Below, in pieces: positions 1 through 8,822 of a stretch of 63,157 nucleotides of DNA. The notes under the pieces were generated by a model. The model searched no databases. It was not told where the DNA came from and was given only the letters and a program-made list of their open reading frames with translations. Location of the stretch: positions 1 to 63,157 of IMG/VR virus record IMGVR_UViG_3300027804_000072; one strand, 5' to 3'. Numbering within the stretch: the stretch's first letter is position 1; every line of letters starts with the position of its first letter. Made by a program: the position numbers and the translations under genes. This DNA is from a virus. Lineage: Duplodnaviria; Caudoviricetes.

Positions 1-660
1 GTGCGAGGGCAGGGCCGACCTGCCAAGGCCTGCGCGGGTGGCAGGGCAGGCAGGCAGGGCAGGCAGGGCAGGCAGGGCAGGCAGGGCAGGCAGGTAGGCG
101 GCGGCCAGTGTCGGTCGGTCGGTCGGGGCCTGCCTGTATGGGCAGGCAGGGCTGTCAGGCAGGGCTGTCAGGCAGGCAGGCAGGAAGGCAGGTGCACAGG
201 CATGGCCATGGTGGGCTATGGCCATGGTAGGGCAAGGCCATGGTAGGGCAAGGCCATGGCAGGCAGGCAGGCAGGCAGGCAGGCAGGCGGTCACAGAGGC
301 CTGCCCGCATGATCGAGGCGGCCATTGACCACGGTAGTGGGCGGGCAGGCCAGGCGGCCACGGTCGGGCATGGCCATGGCAGTGGGCGGCCATGGTCGGG
401 CAGGGCAATGGCCAAGGCGGGCCAGGGCCATGGCAGGTAGGCAGGGCCAGGGCCAGGCCAGGGCGTGGAGGCTGTGGAGGCCTGCCCGCATGAACCACAG
501 GCAGGCAACGGCCATGGCCATGGCAGTCGGGCCATGGAGGCCAGGGCCAAGGCCAGGGTGTGGTCCGGGGTGGCCCTGGCATGGTAGGCAGGGTGGCCAT
601 GGCAGGATCGTGGTCAGGTGGCCAGAGCGTCGTGGCTCACCGCGCCTAGGGTCGTGTGGT
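1..660. repeat. G-rich low-complexity repeat tract (GGCA/GGCAGGGCA units and GGCCATGG palindromic words)
   Basis: Tandem ggcagggca at ~40-95; about 10 GGCCATGG; GGCCTGCCCGCATGA twice (~298, ~479); no credible ORF. Confidence 0.85.
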
Positions 661-722
661 CCACCGCGCCTGGGCGCATTCCCCCTGATCAGAAGGAAGT
701 TTGTGAAATAATGAAGAAAGGC

Positions 723-792
723 TGTACATTCTGACATCGTTGATGTTATAATGAATCTGTCAGCCACGGTGGCTGGCAAGGACGAAAGGACA
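723..792 (+). promoter_or_regulatory. SigA-type promoter and RBS for 798..986
   Basis: TGTACA(723-728)-N18-TATAAT(747-752) within GATGTTATAATG; SD ACGAAAGGACA at 782-792, the same as in the cassette array. Confidence 0.7.
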
Positions 793-797
793 GAACA

Positions 798-986
798 ATG
801 ATCGGACTGGCAGTCAAGGTGGCCAAGAGCAAGACAGCTCGAAAGGTCGCGAAGGCAGCGGCGAAGAAGGCGGCTGAGCACGTCGAGGTCAAGCGGGTCG
901 GGACCGACGTCGAGGTGACGGTTGCTGGTCGCCGGTTTTCGGCCAAGGAAATGATCGAGGCGGCAAAGGATCGTCGCGGTCGGTGA
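798..986 (+). CDS. small basic hypothetical protein
   Basis: ORF with strong SD and promoter; Lys/Ala-rich. Confidence 0.75.
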   Translation: MIGLAVKVAKSKTARKVAKAAAKKAAEHVEVKRVGTDVEVTVAGRRFSAKEMIEAAKDRRGR

Positions 987-997
987 CGATGGCGACC

Positions 998-1027
998 AGC
1001 GGGTGGCCCTGCTAGGGGCCACCCGCT
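998..1027. terminator. hairpin between convergent genes
   Basis: AGCGGGTGGCCCT-gcta-GGGGCCACCCGCT. Confidence 0.7.
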
Positions 1028-1032
1028 AAGGG

Positions 1033-1500
1033 TCAGGCGGTGACGGTCACGTTGGCGTCGTCGTGGAACAGGGCCTCGAGTGTAGCCATGTCGACGAGGC
1101 CTGTAGCCTCAAGTCCTTCGGCGGCCTGAAATGCAGTGACCGCAATAACTGTCAGGTCGCCGTACCAGCCGTCCTTGTCGGACGCGGCGTCGTGGTATCC
1201 GAGTTCGGCGAGGCGTCGCTGAAGGTGGTGGACGGACAGTGACTTGCGGGCGAACATGTTCTTGACGACGCAGGCTGCCAACGAAACGTTGTCGCGTTCG
1301 TTGCCACTGACCACCGCACCTAGTGGCGACGGTGCACGGCCGGCTTTCTTAGCCTTCGACGGCGCGGTAGGCTGTTCCACTGGTGGTGCTGGTTCGACCG
1401 CAACTGGAGCTGTCTCAGGTACCACATCTGCAACTGCCTCGGGCTCGTGTTCGGTGTGTTCGGTATTCATTGGGCTATCCTGTTCTGTTGGTTGATTCAA
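1033..1500 (-). CDS. peptidoglycan-binding domain protein
   Basis: LQRRLAELGY...DGWYGDLTVIAVTAFQAAEGLEATGLVD, a PG_binding_1 signature. Confidence 0.75.
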   Translation of the reverse strand: MNQPTEQDSPMNTEHTEHEPEAVADVVPETAPVAVEPAPPVEQPTAPSKAKKAGRAPSPLGAVVSGNERDNVSLAACVVKNMFARKSLSVHHLQRRLAELGYHDAASDKDGWYGDLTVIAVTAFQAAEGLEATGLVDMATLEALFHDDANVTVTA

Positions 1501-2918
1501 CGGGGCGAGAAGATCTTACCACCACCGCGACCATTGCCACCATTGCCACCGCGGAACGGAGGCAACTTGCGTGACCCCATCGACCGCGCAGTGATCTGCC
1601 CGCCGACAAATCCCGGCGGTGGTTTGATCAGCAGTGCGGTCAGCGCGTGAACAAGGGCGTCTACACGGTCGGGCGACTTACCCTCGCCCGGGATCCACGA
1701 GATCATCTGTGACTCGAGGTCTGGTAGGTAGTTGAGGTGATGGACTCGGTTCTGTTCGTAGGCGAGCGTGATGGGTTCAGCCCGCAAGGCCTTGCCATGC
1801 TTCGAGTGAACCTCAAGGACCTTGACCGACGGGTCGATGGCGTTGATCGCGTTGCGCACGAGCGCGCCGCCTTGGTTGACTTCAGCAACGACAGGGCACG
1901 AATACTTCCGCGCCATCGACACTACGGCGTTGGCCCAAACTTCAGGCGAACCATGTACGGTCGCGTCCTCGAGAACCCAGGAGTGACGTTTGTATAGGTC
2001 GCGGTCGCCTGTCGAAGCGCAGACGACGATACCGCACTCGTCGCGAGGGTTCTCTGCTACTGATGGGTCAACTCCGACGACCCTAAGTGGCGCGCCGTGA
2101 GGGAATCCGGTTTCACGGCTTCTGGCGATGAGTTCTTCGTTCCACAGCGCGCCTTCAGCGTCCTCGAGCATCTCACCGTACAATTCCTGCGACGCCAACC
2201 GCGTCCCAGCGTACACGCCAGTGATCGCCTCAAGATAGGTCGACGAGAGGTTGCCCGCATTGTCAAGTGTTGAACCGCGTGACACGACGACACGGCCGGT
2301 CTTCGCCTCACTGAGCAGCGCGTATAGCATGGGGACCCGCTTGGGTGTCGTGGTCGCGATGATCTGCGGAGCGTTTCCAAGACGGCAGGCAACGCGAAGG
2401 TTGTCCCACGACGTCATTCCCGCGGCGTCAGGCGACTGCCTCCACGCCGCAACCTCGTCTGCCCAAGCGTAGTGAAACTGAGGACCGCGTAGACCGTCTG
2501 GTTCATCGGCGGTGAAGCACGTTGCCGTATTGCCGTTCGGCCAGGTCAGTCTTCTCTTTGACGGTTCGTAGAGTGGTCGTTCAGACGGCGGCGAAACGCT
2601 GATGATGCCTGACTCGCCCTCGACGATGACGTCACGGACGTCCGCGGCTGTACGGGCGACTAGGGCGAACCGCAGTTGCCCCTGTGAAGTGTCCTTCGCC
2701 TTCTCGCGAACCCACTCGGCTGCTGATCTAGTCTTTCCCGCACCTCTTCCCGCCATGTATAGCCAGATCGACCAGTCGTTCCCCGGTGGGGGCATCTGCT
2801 CTGGTCGTGCCCACGCCTTCCAGTCCCAGACGAGTTGTTCCATGTCGACGTCGCGGAGAACCGCATCACGTTCAACCTCCGACAGCATCGCGAGGTGTTC
2901 CATCATGCTCTTTCCCAT
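1497..2918 (-). CDS. terL: terminase large subunit
   Basis: Walker A AGRGAGKT, Walker B AWADE, nuclease motifs VGVDP and SPDRVDAL. Confidence 0.93.
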   Translation of the reverse strand: MGKSMMEHLAMLSEVERDAVLRDVDMEQLVWDWKAWARPEQMPPPGNDWSIWLYMAGRGAGKTRSAAEWVREKAKDTSQGQLRFALVARTAADVRDVIVEGESGIISVSPPSERPLYEPSKRRLTWPNGNTATCFTADEPDGLRGPQFHYAWADEVAAWRQSPDAAGMTSWDNLRVACRLGNAPQIIATTTPKRVPMLYALLSEAKTGRVVVSRGSTLDNAGNLSSTYLEAITGVYAGTRLASQELYGEMLEDAEGALWNEELIARSRETGFPHGAPLRVVGVDPSVAENPRDECGIVVCASTGDRDLYKRHSWVLEDATVHGSPEVWANAVVSMARKYSCPVVAEVNQGGALVRNAINAIDPSVKVLEVHSKHGKALRAEPITLAYEQNRVHHLNYLPDLESQMISWIPGEGKSPDRVDALVHALTALLIKPPPGFVGGQITARSMGSRKLPPFRGGNGGNGRGGGKIFSPR

Positions 2919-3114
2919 GACGGTAATAATACACGGTGTCTAGGAGATGGGTCGCATGACCACTGACTCTGACCAGTGGGTCATCAGACACTGAGTGCGC
3001 CCGCACCATTCGTCTGAACCTGAGCAACCGCAGGAGCAGACGGCGGCGTCGTTGGTCGGACCACACACGCTGACGTTCGACGCGTCTTGATAGCGAAAAA
3101 ACCAAGACGAGGAG

Positions 3115-3423
3115 TCAGTCGTCGTCGTGAGCTGTTCCGTATCTTCGCTTTTCATCCCGCAATGGTATCTTGTAGATGACGTCTATTCCAAGCGTCGTGA
3201 TCGAGTACTTTCCAGCCGCGTCGACGGTCACCATTCCATGTTTCCGCAGATGTTCAAGGTACGACTTGCGGTTCGCTGTCGAAAGAAGTTTCGGACTGAC
3301 GTGGGTCAGTTCATCGAGACTCATCGGCCTCCGCATGACCTTGAGTATTTCAAGGGCGGTGTGCGATCCGCCACCGCTACGAACCTTCCTAGCGACGTCC
3401 GCTACAGAAGTCAGTTTCGCCAT
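3115..3423 (-). CDS. putative winged-helix DNA-binding protein
   Basis: MSLDELT...YLEHLRKHGMVTVDAAGKYSITTLG wHTH-like pattern; start adjusted to MAKLTS. Confidence 0.5.
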   Translation of the reverse strand: MAKLTSVADVARKVRSGGGSHTALEILKVMRRPMSLDELTHVSPKLLSTANRKSYLEHLRKHGMVTVDAAGKYSITTLGIDVIYKIPLRDEKRRYGTAHDDD

Positions 3424-3707
3424 TTGTTTGTCTTTCTCTTGCCTCTGTACTTGATCGCTACCGTGTAGTTCCACGAGTCTTCACCTGGGTTTGCCGGTGC
3501 TTCCCACACCGCGTCCCAGTGATCGTCGGCGCAGAGACCAGCGATGCCGATGGGCTTCTTACGCCGATGCGACGATCGAATGTCACAGGCCAGCGACTGT
3601 GCTGTCCTCTTCGTGTATCGACGAGGGACAACCGTCCACATCCCACTCATCTTCGCCGCGTCAAACGTCCGCACCCAAAACGTCGAAGTCTTCGGTCTAT
3701 TTCTCAT
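3411..3707 (-). CDS. hypothetical protein
   Basis: ORF, start adjusted to MRNRPK; TAATG coupling with the upstream gene. Confidence 0.55.
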   Translation of the reverse strand: MRNRPKTSTFWVRTFDAAKMSGMWTVVPRRYTKRTAQSLACDIRSSHRRKKPIGIAGLCADDHWDAVWEAPANPGEDSWNYTVAIKYRGKRKTNKWRN

Positions 3708-3877
3708 TACAACCACCAATCCTCCTCGCTGCTTTCTGGGTCGTTCATCTGCGTGATGAACACTCCGAAGCGGATCTGCTTTCGCTCGATCCACTCTTCG
3801 ATCGCCTGTAGAGAAGCGAACGGACCCCAGTAGACTGTCGATGATCCTGCCGCACGGTTTCGTCCGACGAACCACAT
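3707..3877 (-). CDS. hypothetical protein
   Basis: MWFVGRN start after AAAGGCGG. Confidence 0.55.
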   Translation of the reverse strand: MWFVGRNRAAGSSTVYWGPFASLQAIEEWIERKQIRFGVFITQMNDPESSEEDWWL

Positions 3878-3887
3878 ACCGCCTTTG

Positions 3888-4175
3888 TCACTGCTGTTCA
3901 CGTATTTCCTCACTCGGTTCAACAAACTGCGCCTTCGGCGGGAGGACAAAACCGCATTCGCAGCGGAACTGCCCATCCTCGCTTACAGGCATCTCTGTAG
4001 CACACCGCCAACATGACACGTTACGCAGGCGACGTTCGTGACGCTCGCGATAACCGCGGTCATGTTGACTCGACCAGTGGATGAGCTTGTCCGTAAGACG
4101 CTTGAACTTCATCCCGCAGTCGATGCACTCGTGCTTTTCACTTGCCAAAGATCGGAACCCTCTTCTTGTAGTCAC
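3888..4175 (-). CDS. zinc-finger protein (C2H2-like plus C4)
   Basis: CIDC..H...H and CWRC..CEC. Confidence 0.6.
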   Translation of the reverse strand: MTTRRGFRSLASEKHECIDCGMKFKRLTDKLIHWSSQHDRGYRERHERRLRNVSCWRCATEMPVSEDGQFRCECGFVLPPKAQFVEPSEEIREQQ

Positions 4176-4497
4176 GCTTGTCAGATACCTGGAGCATCAC
4201 ACCCCAGACTTCAGAACAGGCGTCGTGAAACACCTCTCCGCGAGACGACCAGACTCGGTTCTTGAAGTTTGAGTAGTCGAGCGTCTCAATGTTCATGGTC
4301 ATCCACTGGGTCAGTTCCTCACGGGTGACGTGAACACGGTACTCGTAGTCCGTGCCTTCGAACTCCTGAATCTCGGCGCCGGTCAGTTCGGCGAGAAGCG
4401 CGAGCGACTCCTTGTCCCGGGCGCGAACCGCAAGCTTGCCGGGCACCATGCCGTTGTCTACGGCACTGACGAAACCGTCCTGAGTAAAAATCCACAT
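4138..4497 (-). CDS. hypothetical protein
   Basis: ORF MWIFTQDGFVSAV with GAGGAG SD. Confidence 0.75.
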   Translation of the reverse strand: MWIFTQDGFVSAVDNGMVPGKLAVRARDKESLALLAELTGAEIQEFEGTDYEYRVHVTREELTQWMTMNIETLDYSNFKNRVWSSRGEVFHDACSEVWGVMLQVSDKRDYKKRVPIFGK

Positions 4498-4601
4498 GTC
4501 GTTATCTCCTCTGTCGTTATGTCTATCGTGTGCCCCCTATTGCACTCATTGACGCCGTTGTTGGCGCCTATGCATTCATTATACAAACTTTAGAAACCGC
4601 A

Positions 4602-4790
4602 TCACTCCTGCTCAGCGGCTGGCAGAACTCCCTCTGGGACGTCCGCGAGCATCATCGGCTCAACCTCGACGTTGCCGTGTTCCTCCGCCATGCTTCTGGA
4701 AACTAACCTCCGCATAGCCGGCATGACGTAGGCGACGATCGATCGACCATCGGCGTCGAACGACGTGACCTTGTAAATCTCTGGTTCCAT
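4602..4790 (-). CDS. hypothetical protein
   Basis: ORF with AGGAGG SD. Confidence 0.65.
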   Translation of the reverse strand: MEPEIYKVTSFDADGRSIVAYVMPAMRRLVSRSMAEEHGNVEVEPMMLADVPEGVLPAAEQE

Positions 4791-4998
4791 GATTCCTCCT
4801 GGTGTACTAATGGTATCAACAGTGCCGCGGTGTTATCTAGGCGTCAAGACCGCGAAGATAACACCGAGAACACCCAGACTGAGCGAAACCTGTGAGCTGG
4901 CGCCAAAGACAGCAGTAGTCACGGACAATCCGCCCATGACTACTGCCGCGATTGCTGTCCACACGAGGTCCCGCAGACGCGAGAACCGCGATGGCATA

Positions 4999-5328
4999 TC
5001 AGGCGCTCTTGCGAGTGCGGCCCTTCAGCCGGCTCGAAGCGTCGCGAATCGGTGTGCCGCTGGCGATGATGAGCTTCTTGGCCTGGGCGTAGGTAACGCC
5101 GTTGCTCTTGGCGACCTGGTCAACTGTCTGACCAGCCGCGTACAGCTCGCCCGCTCGCTGGGCGGAAAGTGTCGTCGTGGATTCCATCTTTGTTCTCCTG
5201 TTGTCTGTATTTGTATTTGCTTCCGCGGTTGGTTGTTCCGCGTTCTTTACGGCAGTTCTTGCCCTGTCGAGCAGGTCAGCCGCCTCTTCTATGAGAGATC
5301 TGTTGATGTTCGTCGTGTCCGTATTCAT
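4999..5328 (-). CDS. helix-turn-helix DNA-binding protein (alternative start 5187)
   Basis: ELYAAGQTVDQVAKSNGVTYAQAKKLIIASGTPIR, an actinophage-type HTH. Confidence 0.7.
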   Translation of the reverse strand: MNTDTTNINRSLIEEAADLLDRARTAVKNAEQPTAEANTNTDNRRTKMESTTTLSAQRAGELYAAGQTVDQVAKSNGVTYAQAKKLIIASGTPIRDASSRLKGRTRKSA

Positions 5329-5528
5329 CTCTACTATCACTATACATTGTTTAGATCAAAAAGTACTGCTCTACCTCAAAACTCTCGGAAAACCCTGCTG
5401 CGCACGAACGACACCCAAAAGCGGCTGAAGTTCTGGCTCGGAGTCGATTTCTTTGTAGACCGTGTACGCAAGGTACGCGCCCATCACTACAGCGGCAACA
5501 CCGAGGATGAACGAAGTGTAGATGATCT

Positions 5529-5729
5529 TCACTTCACCAACTCCATCGCGATTCTCTTCGTGGTGTGCTTTGTTGGATTACCGCAGATCGGTGGGCCGTT
5601 CAACGGGACGTATGTCGTGACGCTCATTCCGCAGTTCGGACACCGCCACTTTTCGACGGGGTACTTCGGCGCTTTCTCGTCCTCTTGCTCTGTTTCTTCG
5701 ACTTCTTCCTCAGCCATGCTCGTGTACAA
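5529..5729 (-). CDS. small zinc-ribbon protein
   Basis: CPNCG...CGNPTKH. Confidence 0.55.
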   Translation of the reverse strand: MYTSMAEEEVEETEQEDEKAPKYPVEKWRCPNCGMSVTTYVPLNGPPICGNPTKHTTKRIAMELVK

Positions 5730-5731
5730 TA

Positions 5732-5992
5732 CTACAGAGACACGGGGCTAGTTTGCAGTTTTGCAGATTCTTTCTTGGCTTTCCGTATCATCTTCGCGCG
5801 TTCGTTGGTCGTCGTACCTGCCCAGACCCCAACCTCCCTGTTGGCGATCGCGTGATCAAGGCACTGAAACTTGACGGCGCATGACGCGCAGATCATTCGC
5901 GCTTCCCGCACTACCTTCAGGTGAGTTTCATCGAAAAACATCTCCTGATTCCCCTTGCAGGCTCCGTCGTTCATCCATTCCGTGTTCGTCAT
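5732..5992 (-). CDS. whiB: WhiB-family transcription factor
   Basis: W...AC..FF..C(ASC)..C..GVWAGTT; 4 Cys. Confidence 0.9.
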   Translation of the reverse strand: MTNTEWMNDGACKGNQEMFFDETHLKVVREARMICASCAVKFQCLDHAIANREVGVWAGTTTNERAKMIRKAKKESAKLQTSPVSL

Positions 5993-6009
5993 TTCCCCTC
6001 CGCTTATGT

Positions 6010-6603
6010 CTATGGTGATACTTGGTGAGTCACGTGAAGCGGACCACCCGACTGATTGTCTAGCTTCACCGCAATGGCTAGACAGTCCTTGACTATCTTC
6101 TTCGTTCTGTCGAGACCGATCTCGTCGAAGCTTTGTTCGTTGGTCATCGCGTACATCGCTCCAAGAGCAACGTCACCGCCGGTGCCAACCGCGTATACTC
6201 CAGAGCTACCGCGAACCCACGAGTAGTCCTCGTCGATCTCGTAGATCGTACCGTTGACTACAACGAGTACCACCGAACCGTGTTGCGCACCTTGATCCTT
6301 CGTGTCACGAGGCGCGTAGCCTTGATCTTCAAAGCACGCACGAAGCGCCGGCACGAACTTGCTCGTGACGAACTTGTCCAACCGCGTTCCGGTGAGTTCG
6401 TTTGGCTTGGGAGGTGTGAACACGTGAGCCAGAATGTTGATCGCTCGAACATCGCCGGCTGCGCCAAGAAGATACTGACCGTTCTTCACGACCTTCGACG
6501 ATCCGCGTCCTAACGTAAATGATCTACCACTTTCATCCGAGACCAGTGAGTCGTATCCGACCACTGCCCAGTTTTCTCCCTGCGCCGCGACGATCGTTGT
6601 CAT
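6010..6603 (-). CDS. HslV/proteasome-beta-like Ntn (Thr) protease
   Basis: N-terminal MTTIVA (Thr nucleophile), DS motif, K..GAAG, AVGTGG, D..SGG. Confidence 0.8.
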   Translation of the reverse strand: MTTIVAAQGENWAVVGYDSLVSDESGRSFTLGRGSSKVVKNGQYLLGAAGDVRAINILAHVFTPPKPNELTGTRLDKFVTSKFVPALRACFEDQGYAPRDTKDQGAQHGSVVLVVVNGTIYEIDEDYSWVRGSSGVYAVGTGGDVALGAMYAMTNEQSFDEIGLDRTKKIVKDCLAIAVKLDNQSGGPLHVTHQVSP

Positions 6604-6608
6604 TGGAG

Positions 6609-6938
6609 CTACATTACTAGGTCAACTGCCGTTGGCCGCGTCATGATAGTGCTTCGATACGCGATTCCGTCGACGACTTCGTAGTGCTTTCCGACTGGTC
6701 TGTCGAGTTCTACCCAGACCTTTACTCCACCGACGGCGACGACGGTAGCGAACGTCCCGTAAAGATGTTGATCTTCGCAGAGTTCGTTGAACCGTACTCT
6801 GTCCCCGACGTTGAAGTCTCGGGCAGTCCTGCTCCTCCGCGTGGCCTCAAGGCGATGTCTTGCCGCTAGTTCAATCGTCGCTAGGTGTCTGTCTAGATAC
6901 CCGGCGTCTACGGCGTTCTTGATGTGTTCTACCATCAT
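6609..6938 (-). CDS. hypothetical protein (SH3-like pattern)
   Basis: FNVGDRVRF...GTFATVV...VWVELD. Confidence 0.65.
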   Translation of the reverse strand: MMVEHIKNAVDAGYLDRHLATIELAARHRLEATRRSRTARDFNVGDRVRFNELCEDQHLYGTFATVVAVGGVKVWVELDRPVGKHYEVVDGIAYRSTIMTRPTAVDLVM

Positions 6939-7175
6939 GATTAGTTCTTTCGTGTTTCATTTTCGTCCTTTGTCTTTGTTAGTTGCCCTTATCGCCTTCT
7001 GAGTCCGGGCCAGACTCGTTACAACGGTGACGACTACCGCTAACCTGTACCGCGAGACGAACTCCGTACACATTGGACCTACAGCGTTTTTGATCAACCT
7101 AAATTGAGTTGCATCCGCTTTCTGCTAAGTGCAGCCGTAGACTCAACTAAATAATCTATTAGTGTGAACTCGGTC

Positions 7176-7280
7176 TTAGCGACCGCGTTTGTTTGTAATC
7201 TTCATTCCACCGAGGAGGAACACTACAATCGCCCAGGCGATCGCCGCAACTGAGTTCGTTATTTCTATGTCAAAACGCAT
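7176..7280 (-). CDS. small membrane peptide
   Basis: MRFDIEIT... with hydrophobic core; AGGAG SD. Confidence 0.45.
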   Translation of the reverse strand: MRFDIEITNSVAAIAWAIVVFLLGGMKITNKRGR

Positions 7281-7288
7281 TTTCTCTC

Positions 7289-7501
7289 CTATCGTTGTTC
7301 GTACTGCACGAGCTGATCGGTTTCTACACCGAGCCAGTTCGCAAACTTCTCTTCCTGATCGCTGTCGACCGTAACACGAATGACATCGTATTCTCCGGTC
7401 TTTTCTCCGATTTCCCACTTCATGTCCGTGGGCAGAGTTTCGGCGATGTCTTCTGCCGTGGACGATCCCATCGGCTTCATCTCGACGACGTAGGTCTTCA
7501 T
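7289..7501 (-). CDS. hypothetical protein
   Basis: MKTYVVEMK start after AAGGAG SD. Confidence 0.65.
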   Translation of the reverse strand: MKTYVVEMKPMGSSTAEDIAETLPTDMKWEIGEKTGEYDVIRVTVDSDQEEKFANWLGVETDQLVQYEQR

Positions 7502-7503
7502 TT

Positions 7504-7662
7504 CTACTCCTTGCCTTCTGAGGCGCCACCCGCAAGCCGGGCGGCCGCAAGATTCGTCTCGATGATGTGACGAGCGCAGTAGTTGTCGCGCCAGGTCCCG
7601 GTTGTCCCGATGATGGCGTTCTTCCCGCAGCGCTGGCATTTTCTGTCGTGTGTCTTGCTCAT
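7504..7662 (-). CDS. leaderless small Zn-binding protein
   Basis: MSKTHDRKCQRC..YCARH; ATG 6 nt below the -10 of the degenerate repeat at 7668-7685. Confidence 0.55.
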   Translation of the reverse strand: MSKTHDRKCQRCGKNAIIGTTGTWRDNYCARHIIETNLAAARLAGGASEGKE

Positions 7663-7680
7663 GTTGTAATTATACCTGCT

Positions 7681-7869
7681 TTAGATCTCGTTGGTAGTTG
7701 ATTCTTGGACGAGCGGGTTGAGAAGCGACCGCAGGTCGAGAAAGAAGTCCGCCATCTCACTCGCCGACACGATCGATCGGTTCGACGTCTGATCGAGGGC
7801 CTCATCGATGATGCGCATCGCTTCGATGACCGCGGATGATTCCTGAAGCGAAAGTTGATCCGTATCCAT
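7681..7869 (-). CDS. hypothetical protein
   Basis: ORF whose stop lies within the repeat. Confidence 0.6.
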   Translation of the reverse strand: MDTDQLSLQESSAVIEAMRIIDEALDQTSNRSIVSASEMADFFLDLRSLLNPLVQESTTNEI

Positions 7870-8040
7870 GTCTACACTATACAATCTCTCAGATCCTCCC
7901 CGTAGCGCAGTACGTCTTCAGCATCAAGTATCGCCAAACTGTCGTACGACTCGTCGATGAACTGCTGGCAGTCTTGCGCGGTGCCAGCGTACACTATGAC
8001 CATGTCACTGAAGTTGACTACAAAGTATTCGTCGTGCTCG

Positions 8041-8232
8041 TCAGGAGACATCGATTCCCCAGACCGTACGCCATCTGCCGGCGATCTCGATCGCCTGCGA
8101 ATGGGTCACGCACGGAATGTCGACGACGTGCGAGTCACTCGAGTCTCCGGTGGGCGACGCCAGCCAGATCCGCACGTTGTTCATGATCACCTCGACCGCG
8201 ATGCAGTCGCCCTTTGTTCGTTGTAGTTGCAT
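8041..8232 (-). CDS. hypothetical protein
   Basis: ORF with GAAAGGA SD. Confidence 0.55.
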   Translation of the reverse strand: MQLQRTKGDCIAVEVIMNNVRIWLASPTGDSSDSHVVDIPCVTHSQAIEIAGRWRTVWGIDVS

Positions 8233-8261
8233 TGTGTTTCCTTTCGTCGTTTCCTCTGTTG

Positions 8262-8567
8262 TTATTTTACGATCTTTAGTTTGCCCGCCGGATGCAGATC
8301 CATGCTCTGCTGCAACGCCGCAGACCAGCCGACGTCGAGGTCGATGATCTTCTCGCGGATGAGCGTCATCAACCGCGAGAGATGCTCGAACGACGAGAAG
8401 TAGACGACATCCTCGTCGACCTCCGGGTCGAACCGGACGAACTCATCGTTGTCGTCGAGAAGCGCGATCTCGTTGAGGCGACCGTTCGACACGATCGACA
8501 CCGTGTACTTTCGACCACGAGGCGACGTTGCTGTTGTCTGGACTCTGTTGTACTGCGTCATTTCCAT
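8262..8567 (-). CDS. leaderless hypothetical cassette protein
   Basis: ATG 6 nt below the repeat -10 (8573). Confidence 0.7.
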   Translation of the reverse strand: MEMTQYNRVQTTATSPRGRKYTVSIVSNGRLNEIALLDDNDEFVRFDPEVDEDVVYFSSFEHLSRLMTLIREKIIDLDVGWSAALQQSMDLHPAGKLKIVK

Positions 8568-8645
8568 GTTGTCATTGTACTTTCTTTAGTTCGTAGCCGC
8601 TGAGGTTGCGCCGACCCGGCCGTGAGGCCGAGCCGGCGTTTGCCG

Positions 8646-8798
8646 TCAGTAGCTCGAGTTCGAGAACTCGCGGCCGACGGCGATGACGCCCTTGATGAAC
8701 CGCGGTCCGGAGATGCGGCCGGAGCGGCGCTGCTTGTTGAGCGCCCTGAGTCGCTTGCCGGCGCGGATGATGTTTTTTGTGGTCAGTTTGGTTTCCAT
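8646..8798 (-). CDS. leaderless basic peptide
   Basis: METKLTTKN..., 50 aa; ATG 6 nt below the -10. Confidence 0.6.
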   Translation of the reverse strand: METKLTTKNIIRAGKRLRALNKQRRSGRISGPRFIKGVIAVGREFSNSSY

Positions 8799-8822
8799 GA
8801 GTTCATTATAACTTCTTTAGAA

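Noticed and set aside
1-1022. ORFs 1..246, 155..550, 240..440, 291..1022 and 325..711
   Set aside because: Stop-free by-products of the low-complexity G-rich tract
4789-5751. 320-aa plus-strand ORF
   Set aside because: Antisense to better-supported minus-strand genes and has no recognisable motif
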